39,329 nucleotides of DNA from Candidatus Omnitrophota bacterium (lineage in GTDB: Bacteria; Omnitrophota; Gorgyraeia; Gygaellales; Profunditerraquicolaceae): positions 5,009 through 44,337 of the forward strand of contig JAPLLZ010000028.1 in the NCBI GenBank assembly GCA_026387265.1, read 5' to 3'. The translations under genes were made by a program, and so were the position numbers. Shown here piece after piece: positions 31,109-39,329 of this stretch (positions are counted from its first letter, which is position 1; each line of letters opens with the position of its first letter). Under the pieces are notes generated by a model. That model was given only the letters and a program-made list of their open reading frames with translations, ran no database searches and was not told the DNA's origin.

Positions 31109-31633
31109 TTAAGGCTGCATTGAATACTGGCAGCCACAATACTTCTGACGGTAAATTCCCCTATTTCTAGCTTCTACCTGCGCCTGCTTAAAACCAGACC
31201 GGAAATCTTCATAATAAAAATCAATACCAATTTCCCGGCTGATTTGTTCTCCTGCCTGTTTAAGCAACTCGTGGTTCTGATATGGACTGACCAACAGAGT
31301 AGTGCTGAATGCGCTAAAACCTTTTTGCTTAGCGTGCTTGGCAGTTTTACGTAAACGCAATGACCAGCAAATTACACAACGCTCAGATACAGGTAGATTT
31401 TCTTGAGGACAAACGGCTTGTAAAAATTCTAATTCCCTATATTCAGGGTATTCAACTTCCAGTAAAAATTCCTGGCTTAAAACTTTCACCCCTTCAAGGC
31501 GCCGCTCGTATTCAACAGGCGGATAAATATTAGGGTTATAATAAAATCCACTGATTGCAAACCCCTGGTCTTTTAACCGGTTAAAAGGATAGATTAAACA
31601 AGGCCCGCAGCAGATATGCAGTAGGATATCCAT
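31109..31633 (-). CDS. queH: Epoxyqueuosine reductase QueH
   Basis: LLHICCGPC, FYYNPNI, RC..C..LRL, FSTTLLVSPYQ, YRQKYCGC. Confidence 0.94.
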   Translation of the reverse strand: MDILLHICCGPCLIYPFNRLKDQGFAISGFYYNPNIYPPVEYERRLEGVKVLSQEFLLEVEYPEYRELEFLQAVCPQENLPVSERCVICWSLRLRKTAKHAKQKGFSAFSTTLLVSPYQNHELLKQAGEQISREIGIDFYYEDFRSGFKQAQVEARNRGIYRQKYCGCQYSMQP

Positions 31634-31642
31634 TTAAAACAA

Positions 31643-32698
31643 CTAAAAAATTTCTTCCTGTTGTTCCTGGTTGAACTTTAACCCAAAATGTTCAAAAGCT
31701 TTACGCGTAGCGATCCTGCCGCGCGAAGTACGCTTTAAGTATCCCGCCATTAAAAGATACGGTTCAACGGCATCTTCAATCGTATCGACTTCTTCATTAA
31801 GGCTGGCAGCTAACGATTCAATCCCCACCGGCCCGCCGTTAAATGACTCCAAAATAAATTTTAAAACTTTACGGTCCAGATCATCAAAACCTGCCTGATC
31901 AATACCCAACTCATTAAGAATCTTGGAGGCGCAAGTCAAGTTAACATTTTCAATTTTTAAAACCTGGGCATAGTCTCTGACCCGGCGTAAGAGCCGGTTG
32001 GCAATCCGCGGAGTGCCGCGTGAGCGCTTGGCAATTTCCAAAGTTGCCTCATCATCAATCTTTACCGCTAATAATTGACTAGAATTTTTTATAATTTTAG
32101 CCAGGTCTTCAATTTTATAAAAATCCAAGCTATAAAATATACCGAACCTGCCTCTAAGCGGAGCCGCCAAAAGCCCGGAGCGCGTAGTTGCCCCGATTAA
32201 AGTAAATGGTTTAAGATTAAACTTGATAGTTTTAGCGTAGGGGCCTTTATCAATTACAAAATCAATCTGAAAACTTTCCATTGCCGGGTACAGAAATTCT
32301 TCAACCACCTTGGACATCCGGTGTATCTCATCAATAAATAAAATATCTCCGCTCTCCAGATTAGTTAATATGCCGATTAAATCCCCGGCCCGCTCAATCG
32401 CCGGTCCGCTGGTAGCGGTAATTTTCGCCCCCATTTCATGAGCAATAATATGCGATAAAGAAGTTTTACCTAATCCCGGAGGACCGCTCAAAAGTACATG
32501 CTCCAAAGGTTCATTTCTCTCTTTGGCAGCCTGAATAGAAATCTTTAAATTATCTACGATATCTTTATGGCCGACAAACTCGGTAAACTTTTTTGGCCTT
32601 AAGGATATATTCAGGACTACATCCTCTTCGGATTCCTTAGTATCGGTAACAATAGGATTATTGGCCTTCAGCAGTGTGTGTCTGGTCTCTTCGCTCAT
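31643..32698 (-). CDS. ruvB: Holliday junction helicase RuvB
   Basis: LRPKKF.EFVG, GPPGLGKT, FIDEIHR, GATTR, RGTPRIANRLL, EPYL. Confidence 0.98.
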   Translation of the reverse strand: MSEETRHTLLKANNPIVTDTKESEEDVVLNISLRPKKFTEFVGHKDIVDNLKISIQAAKERNEPLEHVLLSGPPGLGKTSLSHIIAHEMGAKITATSGPAIERAGDLIGILTNLESGDILFIDEIHRMSKVVEEFLYPAMESFQIDFVIDKGPYAKTIKFNLKPFTLIGATTRSGLLAAPLRGRFGIFYSLDFYKIEDLAKIIKNSSQLLAVKIDDEATLEIAKRSRGTPRIANRLLRRVRDYAQVLKIENVNLTCASKILNELGIDQAGFDDLDRKVLKFILESFNGGPVGIESLAASLNEEVDTIEDAVEPYLLMAGYLKRTSRGRIATRKAFEHFGLKFNQEQQEEIF

Positions 32699-33431
32699 AG
32701 GGAATAATATTTTCTTTATTTCTGGATATGACTATATCTTCAAATTCTAAATTTTGACGGGCGATGATTTCTTTCATTTTTGCCAGTTCCAAAATTGCTA
32801 AAAAGATTACCACAATTTCCAGCTTGCTCTTGGTTTTAGCGAATAACTCCGACAGCTTAACCTCTGTTTGCACTAAAAGCAAATGCAGGATATCATGAAC
32901 CTTCTGCTCAACAGTGTACTGATCTTTGATTACCTCATAAAAAACTTCACGGGGGACATCTTTTAGTGCCTGCGAAAAAGCACTAATTAAATCAAAAATG
33001 CTGGCTTCAAAAGTTACTTCCTGCTTATCCGGAGTTTTGCTATCCAAAGGTTCTTCGCTCTTGGGGCGTTTAAAAACCTCCTGCTGGCTGATTTCCCTTT
33101 GTTTTAAGTTTTCGGCGATTTGTTTAAATTTTTCATACTCTAGCAGCCTTTTTACTAATTCTGCGCGCGGATCCTCTTCTTCTTCCAGAGCCGCCAGCTC
33201 TTCGGCCGGAAGAAGCATCTTAGATTTTATCTGCATCAGCGTAGCCGCCATCACCAAGAATTCACCGACAATATTTAAATCCAAAAGCTGCATCAAATTA
33301 ATATATTCTAAATACTGCTGAGTAACCTTGGCAATCGGTATATCATAAATATTCAGATGGTCTTTTTTTACTAAATATAACAGTAAATCCAACGGCCCTT
33401 CAAACATATCCAGGCGGATTTTATAGTTCAC
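32658..33431 (-). CDS. scpA: Segregation and condensation protein A (kleisin)
   Basis: FEGPLDLLLYL, EFLVMAATL..IKSKMLLP, DPRAELVKRLLEY, FLAILEL. Confidence 0.95.
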   Translation of the reverse strand: MNYKIRLDMFEGPLDLLLYLVKKDHLNIYDIPIAKVTQQYLEYINLMQLLDLNIVGEFLVMAATLMQIKSKMLLPAEELAALEEEEDPRAELVKRLLEYEKFKQIAENLKQREISQQEVFKRPKSEEPLDSKTPDKQEVTFEASIFDLISAFSQALKDVPREVFYEVIKDQYTVEQKVHDILHLLLVQTEVKLSELFAKTKSKLEIVVIFLAILELAKMKEIIARQNLEFEDIVISRNKENIIPYERRDQTHTAEGQ

Positions 33432-33504
33432 CCCGCACCTTCTCTCTTATTTAATTTATTTAACCAATTGACTTTAATAGTTGAATTCATAGGAGGTGCG
33501 GGGT
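33430..33504. repeat. AYCCCRCACC-family inverted repeat covering the scpA RBS and start
   Basis: accccgcacct (33430-33440) / aggtgcggggt (33494-33504), both flanked by TC, with an AT-rich 53-nt spacer. Confidence 0.8.
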
Positions 33505-33509
33505 TCATA

Positions 33510-34493
33510 TTAAATCTTAAGCAGTTCCCTCACCTGCGCAATGGTTTTTTCAGCTACCAACAATGCCTTTTGCTTACCAGCAGATAAAATCTCATAGATA
33601 TACTTTTTGTCTTTTTCTAAAGCCTGCCTTTTCTCCTGAATCGGCATTAACAAATCAACCAGTAAAGCAGCTAATTCTTTTTTACATTCCGTACAACCAA
33701 TCGCACCTTTCGTGCAACGATCATGAACTTTTTGCTTAAAATGAGAAGAAAATGCCGCATAATAAGAAAAAACACTGCATTTATCCGGATGCCCGCAATC
33801 TGTAACGCGAATACGCTCTGGATCGGTAAACATGCCCTGCACCTTTTTACGGATAATCTCGGGTGCATCAGAAAGAGAAATATAATTATTATAACTTTTA
33901 CTCATTTTACGTCCATCCAACCCCAGAAGTCGGGTAGTCTGAGCAAGCAAAGCCTTAGGCTCCGGAAAACATTCTGTCTTGTATAGATGATTAAACTTAC
34001 GCACAATCTGCCGGGTCAACTCTAAATGCGGTAGCTGATCTTCACCTACAGGCACGCCATCAGCCTTATAAAGTAAGATATCCGCAGCTTGTAAAACCGG
34101 ATAACCTAAAAAAGCATATGTACTTAAATCACGGTTATCTACCTGGCGCAGCTGTTCTTTATAGGTGGGGCAACGTTCAAGCAAGCCCAAAGGAGTAATT
34201 AGAGAAAGAATGAAAGAAAGTTCAAGATGCTGGGGGACTTGCGATTGAATAAAAATAGCGGATTTCTCAGGATCAATCCCACAAGATAACCAATCAATAG
34301 CATTGTCCAGCATGTTGGCTTTAAGTTCAGCTGGATTTTCATATTCAGACATCAATGCGTGCCAATCAGCAATCATAAAAAAACATTCGTACTCTTCTTG
34401 CAATTTAGTCCAGTTAGTCAAAGCACCCACTAAGTGGCCAAGGTGTAATTTGCCTGTAGGACGCATTCCGCTGAATATTCGTTTTTTAGCCAT
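33510..34493 (-). CDS. trpS: Tryptophan--tRNA ligase
   Basis: SGMRPTGKLHLGH, YPVLQAADIL, VPVGEDQ, KMSKS. Confidence 0.97.
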   Translation of the reverse strand: MAKKRIFSGMRPTGKLHLGHLVGALTNWTKLQEEYECFFMIADWHALMSEYENPAELKANMLDNAIDWLSCGIDPEKSAIFIQSQVPQHLELSFILSLITPLGLLERCPTYKEQLRQVDNRDLSTYAFLGYPVLQAADILLYKADGVPVGEDQLPHLELTRQIVRKFNHLYKTECFPEPKALLAQTTRLLGLDGRKMSKSYNNYISLSDAPEIIRKKVQGMFTDPERIRVTDCGHPDKCSVFSYYAAFSSHFKQKVHDRCTKGAIGCTECKKELAALLVDLLMPIQEKRQALEKDKKYIYEILSAGKQKALLVAEKTIAQVRELLKI

Positions 34494-34513
34494 ATTTTAG
34501 TTTTTTATATATT

Positions 34514-34650
34514 AAACTCTAAAACCTAAACTCTAAATCCTAAACAAACCCGAAATCCAAAACTCAAATGTTGAAAACAATAGTAGTTTTGAGTTTTGAG
34601 TTTCGAGTTTTGAATTTGTTTAGAGTTTCGTGTTTCGAGTTTAGAGTTTT
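34514..34650. repeat. Inverted degenerate heptamer array (second copy)
   Basis: aaactct aaaacct aaactct aaatcct AAAC aaacccg aaatcca aaactca ... ttttgag tttcgag ttttgaa TTTG tttagag tttcgtg tttcgag tttagag. Confidence 0.88.
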
Positions 34651-34652
34651 CA

Positions 34653-36866
34653 TTATAATTTTCTTGCTATTTTTTCTATATCATAAGCTTCAATAATATC
34701 GCCCTCGAGTAACTGATCAAACCCGCCGATAGCAATACCACATTCAAACCCTTCGCCTACCTCACGCACATCATCCTTAAAACGCTTAAGGCTGGAGATT
34801 TTACCTTCAAAAGCAACTGCGCCATTACGCATCAAGGTCACCAGGCAATTACGGTTAATCTTACCCTTAGTCACCATGCATCCGGCAATAATACCGGAAC
34901 GGGAAAGTTTAAACATTTTCCTGACTTCCGCCCTGCCTAAAAATACTTTCTTTAATTTCGGATCAAGCATGCCTTCAACCGCAGCTTTTATATCATTAGC
35001 TAACTCATATATAATATTATATATTTTTAATTCTACGCCCTCTTTAGAGATAAGCTCTTTTGCCGGCTCATCAGCAGAAACATTAAAACCTAACAGTAAA
35101 GCATCAGAAGCCATTGCTAAAACTACATCAGAAGTATTAATATTTCCGGCTCCCATATGCATGATATTAATTTTTATCTCAGAAACATTCAGTTTATCCA
35201 GCGTATCTTTAATTGCTTCCAACGATCCCTGAACATCCGCTTTGATAATTAAATTTAATTCCTTAATTTTTCCTGCGGCAATCTGAGTATGCACTTCTTC
35301 CAGGCTTACTCTTTTTACCTCTTTGATTTGCGACTGTTTTTCTTTTTCCGCGCGGGATGCAATTAAACTTTTAGCCTGCTTTTCATCCTCAATTACAAAA
35401 AACTGCTCGCCAACCTGGGGAATTCCACTAATCCCCAAAACCTCTACCGGTGTTGCCGGACCCACAGTAGTTACTCCCTGCCCGCGGTCATTAAGCATTG
35501 CCCGGATTTTTCCGTAAAAATTGCCTACAATAATATTCTGATTAAGATGCAGCGTCCCATTCTGTACAAGCAGGGTAGCTACCGGACCCCTACCCTTAGC
35601 CATTCTCGCTTCTACCACTACTCCGTAAGCCAGGCGATTAGGATTAGCTTTTAGCTCCATGATCTCAGCCTGCAACAAAATCATCTCAAGCAAACTATCG
35701 ATTCCTGCGCCGGTTTTCGCCGAAACTGGAACAGTAATTGTTTTTCCACCCCAATCTTCAGGAGTTAATCCGGCGGCAGAGAGCTGTTTTTTCACCATAT
35801 CAAGATTTGCCTGTGCTTTATCAATCTTATTAATTGCCACAATAATTACTACTTGCGCAGCACGCGCATGATCGATTGCTTCTTGAGTCTGAGGCATAAT
35901 TCCATCATCAGCAGCCACAACTAAAACCACAATATCAGTAATCCGGGCACCACGGGCACGCATCGCCGTAAAAGCTTCATGGCCAGGCGTATCTAAAAAA
36001 GTAATCTCTCCCTGGGGGAGGCTAACCCGATAAGCACCAATATGCTGAGTAATACCACCATGTTCTTTTTCTGTAACCTTGGTATTACGTATAGCATCCA
36101 AAAGGGAAGTTTTACCATGATCAACATGCCCCATAAAAGTAACGATCGGGGAACGGCTTTTGAGCTCCTGCGGCTGATCTATTTTCTTATGCCCCTGCAA
36201 AGCTACCTCTTCAGCATTCAAAGCTTTCTTAATACTAAAATTATATTTTAAACATAGCTTATTTAAAACCTCTTCATCCAATTGCTGATTAATACCGATC
36301 ATTACCCCCATACCCATCAGATGTTTAATAAGAATCGATGATTTTTCCTGTAATTTTATCGCTAAATCTTTAACCGTGATCGGCAATTCCAGTTCAATCT
36401 CTTTTTCCGGAGCAGGCGCAGTCTCTATTTTTATTTCAGGTTTTACTACAGATTTAATTTCAGGCTCAACCTTAGCCTTAATTTCAGGCTTATGTACAGG
36501 CTTTAACTCTACTTTTACTTCCGGCTTTACTGCCGCCTTATGTCCAACCTCAGCTTTAACCTTAATTTCAATCTTCGGTTCAGATTTTATTTCATGTTTA
36601 ACCTCAGGCTTTAAAATAGGCCTATGACTCAAACCACCGCCCTGCGGCTTGTGGCTTTGCCCAACAGAAGGTAAAACACCGCTCTGTGGTTGGATTTTTT
36701 CTTTAATTTTTTTTGCCACTGCCTTAGACTTAACAGCTTTAGTTACAGGCTTATGCTTAACTGCCTCCTGTATTTTAATAACAGGCTTCTTAGCGTGAGC
36801 TTCCACCTTAATTTTAGCTTTAATTATTTTTTTTACTGCCGGCTTTTCTTTTTTTGTTTTTGGCAT
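34653..36866 (-). CDS. infB: Translation initiation factor IF-2
   Basis: [46 protein letters not shown]; Lys/Glu-rich N-terminus. Confidence 0.98.
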   Translation of the reverse strand: MPKTKKEKPAVKKIIKAKIKVEAHAKKPVIKIQEAVKHKPVTKAVKSKAVAKKIKEKIQPQSGVLPSVGQSHKPQGGGLSHRPILKPEVKHEIKSEPKIEIKVKAEVGHKAAVKPEVKVELKPVHKPEIKAKVEPEIKSVVKPEIKIETAPAPEKEIELELPITVKDLAIKLQEKSSILIKHLMGMGVMIGINQQLDEEVLNKLCLKYNFSIKKALNAEEVALQGHKKIDQPQELKSRSPIVTFMGHVDHGKTSLLDAIRNTKVTEKEHGGITQHIGAYRVSLPQGEITFLDTPGHEAFTAMRARGARITDIVVLVVAADDGIMPQTQEAIDHARAAQVVIIVAINKIDKAQANLDMVKKQLSAAGLTPEDWGGKTITVPVSAKTGAGIDSLLEMILLQAEIMELKANPNRLAYGVVVEARMAKGRGPVATLLVQNGTLHLNQNIIVGNFYGKIRAMLNDRGQGVTTVGPATPVEVLGISGIPQVGEQFFVIEDEKQAKSLIASRAEKEKQSQIKEVKRVSLEEVHTQIAAGKIKELNLIIKADVQGSLEAIKDTLDKLNVSEIKINIMHMGAGNINTSDVVLAMASDALLLGFNVSADEPAKELISKEGVELKIYNIIYELANDIKAAVEGMLDPKLKKVFLGRAEVRKMFKLSRSGIIAGCMVTKGKINRNCLVTLMRNGAVAFEGKISSLKRFKDDVREVGEGFECGIAIGGFDQLLEGDIIEAYDIEKIARKL

Positions 36867-36881
36867 ATCTTCTCTTTCTCA

Positions 36882-36929
36882 CCCGCCAAGTTTTGTGGCG
36901 GGGCTGCCCGCTAACATTATATATAGCGG
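36882..36929. repeat. Two CCGCYA/TRGCGG mini-hairpins between nusA and infB
   Basis: cccgcca-agttttg-tggcggg (36882-36902); ccgcta-N10-tagcgg (36908-36929). Confidence 0.7.
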
Positions 36930-36943
36930 ATAATTATATTAAA

Positions 36944-38251
36944 TTATGACAGCTTTTTAGCTTCTGCAATAATTTTCTGAGCTTTCTTTTCTCCAATTCC
37001 CTTAATTTTTATCAATCCCTCTACATCCAGCTTAATTATATCATCTACATTCTTAATCCCTGCTTCTTTTAAGCTATCAGCAATTTTCTGGCCGACACCC
37101 AAAAGATCCCCTAAAGAATCCTCTTTTCTAGTTTCTTTCTTTGCTTCTTTTTTAGTATCTTTTTTTGTATCAGTCTTGGTTGTTTTTTTAGCAACTTTCT
37201 TAGTTTCTTTCTTGACCTTCTTAACTTTAGCTGGTTCTGACTGGCTATCCGCTGTTCCCTGCGCAACAACAGCTTCTCCTTCTTTCTTACTACCAAGCGC
37301 CTCAGCAGCAATCATACTCTTGGTGCGGATATCCAACTCCCAACCCACCAGGCGGGAAGCCAAACGCACATTTTGCCCGTGTTTACCAATGCTCAAAGAC
37401 AATTGATCATCATCAACAATCACTCCGGCTTTCATCCCTTCTCTATCCAGTTTAATTTCAGAGACCTTAGCTGGGGAAAGCGCAGCCTTAATATATTCAC
37501 GCACATCTTCATTAAAACGCACAATGTCAATTTTTTCTCCTTGCAGTTCATTAACAATATTTCTTACCCGGTTACCGCGCATTCCTACGCAAGCACCCAC
37601 GGCATCAACCTTCTCATTCTTAGAATAAACAGAAATTTTAGTACGCTCACCAGCTTGGCGCGAAATGCCCCTGATTTCCACAATTCCTTCATAAATCTCC
37701 GGGACCTCTAATTCAAATAATTCTTTAACTAAATTAGGATGCGCACGCGATAAAATAATCTGCGGGCCTTTAGTATCCTTTTTAACTTCTACTACGTAAG
37801 CCCGGATACGCTGGCCTTGTTTAAATTCTTCTTTAGGAGATTGCTCACGTTTAAGTAAAACCCCCTCGGCTTTACCCAGCAGATCCACAATCACATTACC
37901 TTTTTCAAAACGATAAACTGTCCCGCTGACAATCTCCCCTACGCGGCTCTGAAATTCCATAAAAACTACATCTTTTTCTGCTTCACGCATTTTTTGGATA
38001 ATTACCTGACGGGCAGTAGAAGCGGCAATCCGGCCAAAATCAATATTGGTCACTGGCTCATTATTGCGAAAAGCGCGAATCTCCCCGGTTTCCCGGTCAA
38101 TCTGCACCTTAAATTCTTCATCCGGCTTTAAATCAATTACTCTTTTAGCAGCACTCAGCATCGCGCTTTCTACTGCCTCCAGCATAATTTCTTTTTTAAT
38201 TCCTTTTTCTCTTTCAATCTGTTCAATAATTGCTAAAAGTTCCTGACTCAT
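36944..38251 (-). CDS. nusA: Transcription termination/antitermination factor NusA
   Basis: FGRIAA..ARQVIIQ, LFELEVPEI, GACVGMRG, IGKHGQNVRLAS; C-terminal HhH motifs. Confidence 0.97.
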   Translation of the reverse strand: MSQELLAIIEQIEREKGIKKEIMLEAVESAMLSAAKRVIDLKPDEEFKVQIDRETGEIRAFRNNEPVTNIDFGRIAASTARQVIIQKMREAEKDVVFMEFQSRVGEIVSGTVYRFEKGNVIVDLLGKAEGVLLKREQSPKEEFKQGQRIRAYVVEVKKDTKGPQIILSRAHPNLVKELFELEVPEIYEGIVEIRGISRQAGERTKISVYSKNEKVDAVGACVGMRGNRVRNIVNELQGEKIDIVRFNEDVREYIKAALSPAKVSEIKLDREGMKAGVIVDDDQLSLSIGKHGQNVRLASRLVGWELDIRTKSMIAAEALGSKKEGEAVVAQGTADSQSEPAKVKKVKKETKKVAKKTTKTDTKKDTKKEAKKETRKEDSLGDLLGVGQKIADSLKEAGIKNVDDIIKLDVEGLIKIKGIGEKKAQKIIAEAKKLS

Positions 38252-38268
38252 TTTTTCTCCAATTCTTA

Positions 38269-38835
38269 TTAAATTACCAGCTTTGCCTTGTTTATTTTTG
38301 TTAACGAAATTTCCAGAATCTCCCCCGGAGTCTGGACAAACACACTATTATCACTAACCTTACAAATTAATCCTTGCCATTGACACTTACCAGACACTAA
38401 TTCCTTAAGAAAAAACACCACTTCTTTATTTAGAACACGTAAAAAATCCTTCTGGCTCTTAAGTAATCGATCCAACCCTGGAGAAGAAACCTCTAAAACA
38501 TAATCCGTATCAATTATATTTTTCTCTTCCAACAGGTCTTTAATTTGGCGGCAGGCAATCGCGCATTCCTGCAAAGTAATCGCGCCTTGTGCCTTATGGC
38601 TTTGGCTAGCGGAAGCCAAACCATCGGCTTGTGCCTTATGGCTTTGGCTATCTGTAGCCAATGCCTGCCTAGCCGGCAGGCAGGCATTGCCTTGCGGCTT
38701 ATCAGCTAAAACAGTTAAAATAATTTTCTTTCCATCAAACCTATAAATCAGCTCGATCAGCTCAAGGCCCTTGCTCTCTAAAAATGCCGAGACTAAGCTG
38801 TTTAATTCTTGGACTAAAGCTTCCTTACCCAACAC
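38269..38835 (-). CDS. rimP: Ribosome maturation factor RimP with a 35-aa repeat-derived insertion
   Basis: GLELIEL, ITLQEC, YVLEVSSPGLDR; position upstream of nusA. Confidence 0.94.
   Translation of the reverse strand: MLGKEALVQELNSLVSAFLESKGLELIELIYRFDGKKIILTVLADKPQGNACLPARQALATDSQSHKAQADGLASASQSHKAQGAITLQECAIACRQIKDLLEEKNIIDTDYVLEVSSPGLDRLLKSQKDFLRVLNKEVVFFLKELVSGKCQWQGLICKVSDNSVFVQTPGEILEISLTKINKAKLVI
38584..38702. repeat. In-frame composite repeat inside rimP
   Basis: 23-bp direct repeat cttgtgccttatggctttggcta at 38586 and 38628 (period 42); palindrome caatgcctgcct(a)gccggcaggcaggcattg at 38659-38689. Confidence 0.88.
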
Positions 38836-38864
38836 CTTCTCCTTTATAAAACTACAAAAATTAA

Positions 38865-39329
38865 TTAAGCTACCAGCTTTTTAATAATCTTTACAATATC
38901 TTCCTTAGGGATAAGTTGAGTACTCTTATCCTTGCGTATTCTTAATTCAATATTGTTTTCTTCAATACTCTTTTTACCAATCACAATACTTAACGGAACA
39001 CCAATTAAATCCGCATCCTTAAATTTTACCCCTGCCCGCTCATTACGGTCATCAAAAAGTACATCCAGTCCGCTATTTTTAAGTTCCTGATACAAGCTAT
39101 TTGCCGCCTGCATAAGCTCTTGATTAGTTGTATCTAAAGGTAGAATCATAATTTCAAAAGGGGAAACTTCTTGCGGCCAAATAATTCCATCGGCATCATT
39201 ATTCTGCTCAATAATCGCCGAAATCAGGCGCGATACCCCAATCCCATAACAACCCATAATCAAGGGCTTAAGCTGTCCGGAACTATCCGGGAAATTAGCC
39301 TGCATGGCCTGGCTGTATTTTGTGCCCAA
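38865..39329 (-). CDS. proS: Proline--tRNA ligase, 3' part
   Basis: LGTKYS, MGCYGIGVSR, GIIWP, DDRNERAGVKFKDADLIG. Confidence 0.96.
   Translation of the reverse strand: MGTKYSQAMQANFPDSSGQLKPLIMGCYGIGVSRLISAIIEQNNDADGIIWPQEVSPFEIMILPLDTTNQELMQAANSLYQELKNSGLDVLFDDRNERAGVKFKDADLIGVPLSIVIGKKSIEENNIELRIRKDKSTQLIPKEDIVKIIKKLVA

Noticed and set aside
31051-31138. Short frame ending FYRPQEKQLYIYVRSKRK* with an ATGA overlap on the hydrolase start (possible gene remnant)
   Set aside because: About 30 codons, no recognisable homology or RBS, and the hydrolase has its own AAGGAG SD; could be chance.
34494-34652. T-box or trp attenuator upstream of trpS
   Set aside because: The gap is fully explained by the heptamer array; no T-box consensus or Trp-codon leader seen.
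37232-37264. NusA QGTADSQSE as a third copy of the RimP/IF2 repeat
   Set aside because: Only ~8 nt (tggctatc) shared and no hairpin; insufficient support.

Overview
A 39.3-kb, AT-rich (low-GC) bacterial core-genome window. All ~42 credible genes lie on the minus strand in one tightly packed run. In transcription order: proS(3' part)-rimP-nusA-infB-trpS-scpA-ruvB-queH-GHL10 glycoside hydrolase-queA-tgt-trmD-rplS-rnhB-yraN-cyclodeaminase/cyclohydrolase-folD-metF-split acsB-TPR-polA-glgA-coaE-rho-rpmE-prfA-prmC-murA-trpG-trpD-trpC-trpF-Zn-ribbon membrane protein-trpB-trpA-M16 peptidase-CNNM/CBS-DUF5679-rsfS-argS-recJ(5' part). Gene order and protein style suggest Candidatus Omnitrophota (inference). 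I saw no rRNA, tRNA, CRISPR array or transposase. Points of interest: (1) several families of short hairpin repeats occupy intergenic gaps and in places gene ends, including tandem-GA hairpins, inverted heptamer arrays, CCGCCA/TGGCGG, AYCCCRCACC and GTAG-REP types; one structure-conserved unit is inserted in frame in rimP and infB. (2) The acetyl-CoA synthase carries an N-terminal NAD-binding-like domain and has no CODH or corrinoid genes beside it. (3) Three internal deletions affect conserved genes (trpB, murA, acsB), either real decay or assembly artefact. (4) rsfS apparently starts at ATA.
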